Shown here piece after piece: positions 56,352-64,000 of a DNA stretch of 64,000 nucleotides. The notes under the pieces are model-generated. The model saw only the letters and a program-made list of their open reading frames with translations, was not told the origin of the DNA and ran no database searches. The translations under genes were made by a program, and so were the position numbers. The stretch is from Geopsychrobacteraceae bacterium. Its GTDB lineage: Bacteria > Desulfobacterota > Desulfuromonadia > Desulfuromonadales > Geopsychrobacteraceae. Where the stretch lies: positions 4,160,001 to 4,224,000 of the forward strand of contig OY759353.1 in NCBI GenBank assembly GCA_963662315.1, written 5' to 3'. Numbering within the stretch: the stretch's first letter is position 1; every line of letters begins with the position of its first letter.

Positions 56352-56816
56352 TTACATTGAGACATCTTGATAACCAATTTTTTCAACTTTTTCATTGATC
56401 AACAGAAACCCCAATCCATTCTCTTCATCCCAACTGCAATCAAAAGTCAAACCAACGTATCTTCCGTCAAGTTTTTTGGCAGCAAAGATTGTAATCCCAA
56501 CAAATTCTATATGTTTCAAAAAGTCATCTTTGCTTTCAATCTTAGGATAATGTTCATTCTCCTGAACCTCATAGCCGAGTTTTTTTCTAAGATCAATGTA
56601 GTAAGACAGTCCACGATCAATAACGGATTTTTGAATTTCACTCCAGCTGTCTAAAAGTTTCGTGTATGACTCATATTGTTTAGCTGAAAATTCTTCGTCT
56701 TCTTCCCCATAAACAGCTAGGGTAATAATATTTTCAGAACCATTAAAGTCAAATCTCTTTTCACCAAACCATTGGAATTCATACTCTAGCTGACCAAAAA
56801 CTTTATCTTTTCTCAT
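56352..56816 (-). CDS. Orphan immunity protein (paralog of 51510-51983)
   Basis: D.VFG.LEY...GLTFDCSWDEENGLG...IGYQDV. Confidence 0.8.
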   Translation of the reverse strand: MRKDKVFGQLEYEFQWFGEKRFDFNGSENIITLAVYGEEDEEFSAKQYESYTKLLDSWSEIQKSVIDRGLSYYIDLRKKLGYEVQENEHYPKIESKDDFLKHIEFVGITIFAAKKLDGRYVGLTFDCSWDEENGLGFLLINEKVEKIGYQDVSM

Positions 56817-56980
56817 TGAAAAATCTCCATATTATTCGCAGCGAAATTGCCGGGCTCCATACCAAACTCATTTACTAATTCAAGTGAGGAATTAAGGTTC
56901 TTAGCTAATTTTGCATTCGCTTGAGAAAAATTCAAGAAACGAGCTTTGTAGCTATACTTAGAACCTCTCCCTCGGAATAG
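56813..56980 (-). pseudogene. Remnant of a WHH-type toxin tip lacking the catalytic end
   Basis: GRGSKYSYKARFLNFSQANAKLAKNLNSS.EL...FGMEPG aligns to toxin 3 GKGSIGTKARNINFSQADEKLVNKLNES.AL...MGFESG. Confidence 0.75.
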
Positions 56981-56983
56981 ATT

Positions 56984-58097
56984 GCATTTTTGCGGTTCTG
57001 GCCATTAGGCGGATCTGAGCCGTGGGCCGGCTACTTAAATATTGGATGTTTCCTTGGTGAAATGAAGCCCGAATTCGGACCCTTTAAAGAAGGGCGTTTT
57101 GTGCTTACTATTTGTCGCCCGCCTGGGACAAATAGTAAGGCGTCGTGCGGGGCGCAACCCCGCGACCTTGCTTGTTTTATTTAAATCAAAAAAGACGAAA
57201 CCGCCGGGTCCCGGCCCGGCAGCCGGATTCATTTTTTCCAGCGATGAAAAAACGAATCAAAAAAATCTTTTAAGGTCAAACACACTGACGAGAATAGATT
57301 CGGTCGACGTTTAATCGTTGCTACCCGTAGTGAACAGACCGCCCAGCGATGCTGTCGCATCCATGGGCAGAACCGAATTAGAGTGGACATACCAAAATGC
57401 CAACGGCATTTTTGCGGTTCTGGCCATCAGGCGCGCATTGCGCCGTCGGCCGGCTGCTTAGATACTGGATGTTCCTTTGGAGAGACGAAGCCCGCGGACG
57501 GACCCTTTTAAAAAGGGCGTTTTGTGCTTACTATTTGTCGCCCGCCTGGGACAAATAGTAAGGCGTCGTGCGGGGCGCAATCCCGCGACTTTGCCAGTTT
57601 CATTTAAGTCATAAAAGATAAAACCGCCGGGTCCCGGCCCGGCAGCCGGATTCATTTTTTCCAAGCGATGAAAAAACGAATCAAAAAAATCTTTGAAGGT
57701 CAAACACACTGACGAGAATTGATTCAATCTACGCTTTACCGTTGCAATCAGCAGTGAACAGACCGCCCAACGATGCTGTCGCATCCATGGGCAGAATCGA
57801 ATTGAAGTGAATACAGGAAAATGCCAACGGCATTTTTGCGGTTCTGGCCATCAGGCGCGCATTGCGCCGTCGGCCGGCTGGTTAGATGCTGGATGTTCCT
57901 TTGGAGAGACGAAGCCCGAGTACGGACCCTTTAAAAAGGGCGCTTTGTGCTTACTATTTGTCGCCCGCCTGGGACAAATAGTAAGGCGTCGTGCGGGGCG
58001 CAACACCGCGACTTTGCTTGTTTCATTTCAATCAAAAAAGACAATATTAATGGGTCGCCCAACGATGCTGATACACCCACAGGCAGAGCCGAATTGA
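56984..58097. repeat. Tandem array of ~423-bp structured units (2 full, 1 internally deleted)
   Basis: Units start at GCATTTTTGCGGTTCTGGCCAT at 56984, 57406 and 57830. Confidence 0.92.
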
Positions 58098-58186
58098 AAA
58101 TGTGTGTAAAAAGGGGACAGAACCTGTTAAATTGTCCTATTGAAAAATCAATTTTTAACCTAAATGAAAAGTGGCGGGGGGATGGA

Positions 58187-59707
58187 ATGAAAAGTCTTAA
58201 AGATTGGCGACCTGTATCTATTGCTCGTTTATTTCCTGTTGTTATGCTGGCTCTGCTGGTTGCTTGTGGTGGGGGCGGTGGCGGTAGTAATAGCGCAACT
58301 GGTAGCTCCAACCCTTCTGAAGCAACAAATCCAGACTTGACCGAGGTAACTGCAGACCTGCCGGTTTGGGATGCCGCCGCATTTACCAATGTTTACGATA
58401 TCGGTCCGGGACAGAGTTACGAAACCCCTTCCGATTTTCCCTGGGAGTCTCTGCCACCATCTTCCCTGGTGCGCATTCATTATCGTAGTACCCCTTACTC
58501 CGACAAATGGTTGATTACCACCACGGCGACGGAAGATGCACCTGTTGTGGTCCTTGGTATTGCCGATGGCAGCGGCAATAAACCGGTTATCTCTGGTGAT
58601 GGGGCAGTGACACGCAGTTCTCTTTACTATCTGAATCAGAGCCGCTCTGTCATCAAGGTGGGTAATTATACGGGAAGCAATGACAACGACAGACCGGCTT
58701 ACATTGTTTTACAAAATCTGGATATCCGTAGTGGCCGCCTGGCATACGGATATACATCGACGTCAGGAACGATCCAGAATTATGCCAGCAACGCTGCGGC
58801 GGTGCATGTCGAGGAGGGAGATCATATCACCATTCAGGGGTGTACCCTGCGCGATAGCGGCAATGGCCTGTTCAGCGGTCATCTCTCGAGTAATCTGGTG
58901 GTGCGTGCCAACTATATTTATGACAATGGGATTTCCGACAGTTATTATGAGCACAACAGCTATACAGAGAGTGATGGCATCCTCTTTGAGTATAATCATT
59001 ATGGTCCCCTGCGTGATAATTGCGAGGGGAATAACTTAAAGGATCGCTCCGCTGGGACCGTGATCCGCTATAACTGGATCGAAGCAGGAAACCGGCAGCT
59101 AGATCTGGTGGATAGTGACTATGAGAGTTTTTACAATGGGGCCGGCTATCACGCGACCTATGTTTATGGCAATGTGTTAGTTGAGCCAAACGACGCCGGT
59201 AACAGCCAGATAGTTCACTATGGTGGAGATAGCGGTACGACAGATCGATATCGTAAGGGGACGCTCTATTTCTACCATAATACGGTTGTTTCGACGCGCA
59301 GCAGCAACACGACATTGTTGCGCTTAAGCACCAACGATGAAGAAGCGGTGGTGATGAACAATCTCATCTATGCCAGTGGCGGGGGGAGTTATCTGGCTAT
59401 TCTCAACAGTTCCGGGCAGGTTGAGTTAAGTGGTAACTGGCTGTCAAGTAACTGGAAAGAGACCCATCAATCGGCTTTAGACAGTGGCGCTTCTCTGAAT
59501 GCTGCTGATAATACCAGTGGTTCGAATCCATATTTCAATAATGAGTCCAGTCAGGATTATTCTTTGACGGCAGCTTCGACCGCTCGCGATGCGGGTTTGA
59601 CTTTGCCCGATGGTCTCACCCCTCCTGAGTATGAATATGTTCCTCACCTGCAGCTTGACGAACGGATGGATAATGGTCAGCCAGATTCCGGGGCCTTCGC
59701 ATACTAG
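58187..59707 (+). CDS. Lipoprotein with right-handed beta-helix (pectin-lyase-like) domain
   Basis: Lipobox LVAC-GGGGGS; Asn-rich parallel beta-helix repeats; the ORF-track start at 57947 lies in the repeat. Confidence 0.78.
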   Translation: MKSLKDWRPVSIARLFPVVMLALLVACGGGGGGSNSATGSSNPSEATNPDLTEVTADLPVWDAAAFTNVYDIGPGQSYETPSDFPWESLPPSSLVRIHYRSTPYSDKWLITTTATEDAPVVVLGIADGSGNKPVISGDGAVTRSSLYYLNQSRSVIKVGNYTGSNDNDRPAYIVLQNLDIRSGRLAYGYTSTSGTIQNYASNAAAVHVEEGDHITIQGCTLRDSGNGLFSGHLSSNLVVRANYIYDNGISDSYYEHNSYTESDGILFEYNHYGPLRDNCEGNNLKDRSAGTVIRYNWIEAGNRQLDLVDSDYESFYNGAGYHATYVYGNVLVEPNDAGNSQIVHYGGDSGTTDRYRKGTLYFYHNTVVSTRSSNTTLLRLSTNDEEAVVMNNLIYASGGGSYLAILNSSGQVELSGNWLSSNWKETHQSALDSGASLNAADNTSGSNPYFNNESSQDYSLTAASTARDAGLTLPDGLTPPEYEYVPHLQLDERMDNGQPDSGAFAY

Positions 59708-60511
59708 GAAAAGTTGCAAGCAGGGCTGTTAAAGGGTGATGAAATCCTGTCCGTTAATGCTAAACCGTTCTTGCCAATCGCTTCACTTCGTTCCCATATT
59801 GGGGAAGATGTCGTATTTAATATACGCCGAAAGCAGCTGGACGAGCCCTTCACAATTTTAGTGCGACCTGTACTCGTTAATCCCGAGCAGGAGATGTTGG
59901 AAGCAGAAAAATCGAGTATCCGGATTATTGAACGGAATAAAGCACGCATAGGCTATATTCATATTTACTCTTACGCAGGTGATAAGTACCAGCAGGAATT
60001 ACTGAATGCTATTGCCTGGGGTAAATTGAAAGAAGCCGATGCGTTGATCATTGATTTGCGATATGGCCTGGGTGGAGCAGCACCATCTTATCTTAATATC
60101 TTTAATACGAATATTCCGATCCTCAAGATGCATCACCGAGATGGCACGGTAACTGTTTTTGATTCCCAATGGCGAAAGCAGGCGGTTTACTTGGTTAACG
60201 GGTATAGTCGAAGTGGAAAAGAACTGCTGGCACATGGTGCTCGAAGATATGAACAGGTAAAAGTCATTGGGGAGCGGACGCCGGGGCATGTCCTTGGAGG
60301 TCAGCTTTTTCCATTGTCCGACGGTACTGTCCTTTTTCTTGCAGTGCAAAGCGCCTTTGTCGATGGTGTTAATCTGGAAGGAATTGGTGTTCCACCAGAT
60401 ATTGAAGTTCCATTCGATATTCGTTATTGCGCCGGACAGGACGCACAGCTAGAAAAAGCCCTTGAGTATCTTACCGAGCAACTATCGAATCAAACAACAG
60501 GTGCTTTGTGA
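59708..60511 (+). pseudogene. 5'-truncated S41 (tail-specific/tricorn-like) peptidase with partial PDZ
   Basis: Begins mid-PDZ (AGLLKGDEILSVN); IGYIHI, IIDLRYGLGG, SRSGKE, LEGIGVPPD. Confidence 0.72.
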
Positions 60512-61057
60512 GCAGAGGTTAAACAGCATAACTCAAGTCTTTCTGGACTCAGAACAAGGACTGATGAATCCAGAATCGGGTCGGTGCCTGAGGGAGATCA
60601 TTTTTACCAATGATTATGATGCCAGTGCCGATATCGAACAGTTTTTAGGACGGCCATGGACGTCCGAGCCATTTTTAGAACCATTCCGTTATTTGTCATC
60701 CGGTAAGTTAATAAGCGTACCGGATTAACCTCCTTAGCCATCCGAAGTCAGAGATACCCCAGAACCAACCGCTTGAAGTGGATGGATGCAGAAAAATGCC
60801 GTCACTCGACCCTTCTCAGTGAAGACATAACGCACTATGTGTATTCTTCCTATTGTGCGGGATAATTGTCTATATTCTAGACGTATTATATAAATATACA
60901 GACACGGCAATAAATGTTGGCTGATACATGATCAGCATATTGTCTTAAATTTCTACCTGTGATAAATTGCCGACCGAATTGATCAAGAACGGATTATGTA
61001 AAATGTCGAGGTTGTTAATTTTATCACTATATTTTAAAAGCAAATAAATTATTTATC

Positions 61058-61133
61058 TCCGATAAGGGCAAAGCCAAAGTAATTTGGTGACGCAAAGCCA
61101 CGGGTCCAGGGATTGGACAGCCGGGCTGTCAAA
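61058..61133 (+). ncRNA. Cyclic di-GMP-I (GEMM-I) riboswitch
   Basis: GGGCAAAGCC-AAA-GTAA-TTT-GGTGACGCAAAGCCACGGGTCC..GGACAGCCGGGCTGTC. Confidence 0.9.
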
Positions 61134-61170
61134 AAGAATGAGCATCCCTCCCGCCCTTCCAAGATTTTTT

Positions 61171-61206
61171 AAAGCTCATATTCGTTATCGGAGATGAGCT
61201 TTTTTA
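61171..61206 (+). terminator. Riboswitch-associated intrinsic terminator
   Basis: AAAGCTCAT...ATGAGCTTTTTTT between the aptamer and the CDS. Confidence 0.75.
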
Positions 61207-61304
61207 TTGAGCTTAGCTAGCAAATTTTCGTTAAGAACACCCAGGGAGCAACTACTCCAGCTCTAACAACAAATGAAATAAAATAAAATGAAAAGGAACG
61301 TTTC

Positions 61305-64000
61305 ATGATGCAAATTTCAAAGAAAGTCTTTTTGTGGCTTATGGTCACAACAATTGTCGTGCTGTCAGGTTGTGGAGGTTCGGGATCCGGTGGCGACAGC
61401 AGCGTGACCGACAATGGATCGACAGGGGTTTTGGTCGATCCATATATCAACGGTGCCATCCTTCAGGAAGTGGCCGAAGATGGCACAACCATCCTGCAAA
61501 GGGGTTCAACCCTTACCGATGCGCAGGGCCGTTTCGAATTTTCAGCAGAAGTTCAAGTTGGTTCGATCATTGAAACAAAAATCAGTCAACTCGGCACCCA
61601 CGTCGGTGAACCAAATCAGGTGGTCTTACGGCGGCAAATTCGCGCGAACGACAATGGTCTTCTGGTCGTTTCACCGCTGACCACACTGATTGCCAACGGC
61701 AGCACCGAAACCGACGTGGTGGCGCTACTGCAAACGGCAGGGCTGACCGATTTTTCAGCCGGAGATATTTATATTGATCCCATGTCCGGTCTGGACAATC
61801 TCTCATCCAACGTGACTTCTGCCGATCTGACCCGGCTGCAGGCCGCCATGGCCGTCGCTAACTATCTTGAGGCAAAAAATAATCCGCATACCACTGCTTT
61901 GGATATGAATGCCTCCAGTGAATTTGAAATTTTCACAAGCTGTCTTGATGCAGTTCAAGAGACATTGTCATCCGAACTGTTTGCCCAAATTACCGCGGCA
62001 CAGAACAACGGTGGACCGACTATGCAGGAATTCATCAATGCATCGGTGACCTACACGCGGCCAGTCATCGCCATGATGAAGCTCCAACTCACTAACAATG
62101 GGAGCATTGATCCTGTTGCATTGCATGATAAAGCCATGACCGCCAGCAGTGACATGTTGAACAGCATGTCCGGACAAAACCCTGGAAATGGAAGCCCGAA
62201 TGGGACAACGCTTTACGCAAATGATTGCGCAGATTGTCACGGCGATCTGGCTAATTCCGATATTCCGGGGCGTTCTGCTGACGCCATTCAAACGGCCATC
62301 GACCAAAACCTTGGTGGCATGAGTCGTTATGCCAACCTGACCACAGCAGAAATCCAGGCCATTGCAGCAGTGCTGTCGAACCAACAACCGACCGATCCAA
62401 CCGCGCCAGTTGATGGAACGACCCTCTATGGAAATATGTGCGCCGGTTGCCATAGCGCCTTGGCCAGTACTACCATCCAAGGCAATACAGCGAGCGCCAT
62501 CCAGAGTGCCATCGATCAAAATATTGGCAACATGGGCTTCCTGAGCACCTTGACCAGCGAAGAAGTTCAGGCCATTGCCGGTGTTTTGCCCGGGTCCACC
62601 CCGGTTGACCCGACTCAGCCGGTTGATGGGGCCACGGTTTATTCCAATAGTTGCACCAGTTGCCACGGCGCTCTGGCCAGCACGAGCATCCAGGGGCGTA
62701 CCGCCAGCTCGATCCAAAGTGCCATTGATCAGAATATTGGCAACATGGGCTTCCTCAGCACCTTGACCAGCGAAGAAGTTCAGGCCGTTGCCGATGTCCT
62801 GCCTGTTGCAACGCCGGTCGATCCGACCCTGCCAGCGGACGGAACCGCTCTTTACACCAGTGAATGTGCCGGTTGTCACGGAACGCTCGCCAACACCAAC
62901 AAACCGGGGCGGACCGCTACTGACATCCAAAGTGCCATTGATCAGAATATTGGCAACATGGGCTTCCTCAGCACCTTGACCAGCGAAGAAGTTCAGGCCA
63001 TTGCCGACGTCCTGCCCGCAGCGCCGCCGGTCGATCCGACCTTGCCAGCAGACGGAACCGCTCTTTACACCAGTGAGTGTGCCGGTTGTCACGGAACGCT
63101 CGCCAACACCAACAAACCGGGGCGGAACGCTACTGACATCCAAAGTGCCATTGATCAGAATGTTGGCAACATGGGCTTCCTCAGCACCTTGACCAGCGAA
63201 GAAGTTCAGGCCATTGCCGACGTCCTGCCCGTAGCGCCGCCAGTTGATCCGACCCTGCCAGCTGATGGAACCGCTCTTTACGCCAGTGAATGTGCCGGTT
63301 GTCACGGAACGCTCGCCAACACCAACAAACCAGGGCGGACCGCTACTGAGATCCAAAGTGCCATTGATCAGAATGTTGGCAACATGGGTTTCCTCAGCAC
63401 CTTGACTAGCGAAGAAGTTCAGGCCATTGCCGACGTCTTACCGGCAACGAACGGGAACAGTGGCCCGGATTACAGTGATTGTACGGCTTGCCACGCTCAA
63501 CCACCAAACGGGACCAGCGAGCCGAACATTGATGGCGCCCACAGCGCTCATAAGGCCATCGCATCAATCGGCACGAATTGCCAAATCTGTCACACTGACG
63601 CAAGCCATAACGGGTCCGTCGACTTGGCGTTCCCTACTGATTACAACTCCGCCTATGGTGTTGCGACCGACAACCTTGACGGCACCTGCAGCAATATCAG
63701 CTGTCACGGTGGCAAGACCACCCCTGATTGGTGGAGCGGTTCGATCAGCCTGACTGCGGGCTGTACCAGCTGCCACAATTCAAGTGCAGGCGAATATATC
63801 AGTCAGACCTCCGGCAGACACCGGAAGCACAGCGGTTACAGCTGTACGACCTGCCACAACAGCTCACGTATGCCGAACCACATTGGCGACCTGTTGACCG
63901 ATAATTTTGAAGTTTCAGCGGCTTCGACTGTCGGCGGCAGCGGAACACGTGTTGGCAGTTACAGCAATAGCTCCTGTTCCAGTATTGCTTGCCACGGCAG
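61305..64000 (+). CDS. Large lipoprotein multiheme cytochrome c (6 tandem monoheme domains plus CxxCH/CxxxxCH region); runs off the window end
   Basis: Lipobox LSGC; CxxCH at 62226, 62439, 62652, 62865, 63078, 63291, then CTACH, CQICH, CSNISCH, CTSCH, CTTCH, CSSIACH; absent from the ORF track. Confidence 0.9.
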   Translation, partial: MMQISKKVFLWLMVTTIVVLSGCGGSGSGGDSSVTDNGSTGVLVDPYINGAILQEVAEDGTTILQRGSTLTDAQGRFEFSAEVQVGSIIETKISQLGTHVGEPNQVVLRRQIRANDNGLLVVSPLTTLIANGSTETDVVALLQTAGLTDFSAGDIYIDPMSGLDNLSSNVTSADLTRLQAAMAVANYLEAKNNPHTTALDMNASSEFEIFTSCLDAVQETLSSELFAQITAAQNNGGPTMQEFINASVTYTRPVIAMMKLQLTNNGSIDPVALHDKAMTASSDMLNSMSGQNPGNGSPNGTTLYANDCADCHGDLANSDIPGRSADAIQTAIDQNLGGMSRYANLTTAEIQAIAAVLSNQQPTDPTAPVDGTTLYGNMCAGCHSALASTTIQGNTASAIQSAIDQNIGNMGFLSTLTSEEVQAIAGVLPGSTPVDPTQPVDGATVYSNSCTSCHGALASTSIQGRTASSIQSAIDQNIGNMGFLSTLTSEEVQAVADVLPVATPVDPTLPADGTALYTSECAGCHGTLANTNKPGRTATDIQSAIDQNIGNMGFLSTLTSEEVQAIADVLPAAPPVDPTLPADGTALYTSECAGCHGTLANTNKPGRNATDIQSAIDQNVGNMGFLSTLTSEEVQAIADVLPVAPPVDPTLPADGTALYASECAGCHGTLANTNKPGRTATEIQSAIDQNVGNMGFLSTLTSEEVQAIADVLPATNGNSGPDYSDCTACHAQPPNGTSEPNIDGAHSAHKAIASIGTNCQICHTDASHNGSVDLAFPTDYNSAYGVATDNLDGTCSNISCHGGKTTPDWWSGSISLTAGCTSCHNSSAGEYISQTSGRHRKHSGYSCTTCHNSSRMPNHIGDLLTDNFEVSAASTVGGSGTRVGSYSNSSCSSIACHG

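Noticed and set aside
56984..58097. CRISPR array
   Set aside because: Units are ~423 bp, similar along their whole length, with no unique spacers and no cas genes
57947..58186. N-terminal extension of the lipoprotein
   Set aside because: Derived from repeat DNA; the signal peptide starts at 58187
60758..60812. Second attC-like remnant (CAGAAC..GCTTGAAGTGGATGG..CCGTCACTC)
   Set aside because: No GTTRRRY core; too degenerate to support
61968..63356. 462-aa minus-strand repeat ORF
   Set aside because: Antisense shadow of the plus-strand cytochrome repeats

Overview
The window looks like a Desulfuromonadales/Geobacter-like deltaproteobacterial chromosome (inferred from gene content). 0-37 kb is core metabolism: sensor kinases, hemerythrin, asnS, a sigma54 two-component system with a TAXI-TRAP transporter, tpx, two ActP-like symporter modules with IclR, and a complete guanidine uptake/carboxylase operon carrying two different guanidine riboswitch classes. 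37-58 kb is a conflict island. It holds a Lamassu/ABC-3C defence triad behind a degenerate attC-like site and an array of polymorphic toxin-immunity pairs. The toxins share an N-terminal domain I do not recognise and carry caspase-like, RNase A-like or WHH nuclease tips; two further toxin remnants are present. These genes are interleaved with RAYT (HUH Y1) transposase copies bounded by REP-like palindromes, three apparently identical IS110-family (IS1111-like) elements, an IS481-like element and a ~423-bp structured tandem repeat. The most striking direct observation is in the IS110 3' non-coding end: it folds into a bridge/seek-RNA-like structure whose guides match the RAYT-associated palindrome into which the IS inserted, and also match its own circle junction. 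The window ends with a beta-helix lipoprotein, a truncated S41 peptidase, and a c-di-GMP-I riboswitch leading a large repeat-built multiheme cytochrome that the ORF track missed. All calls were made by eye without database searches.
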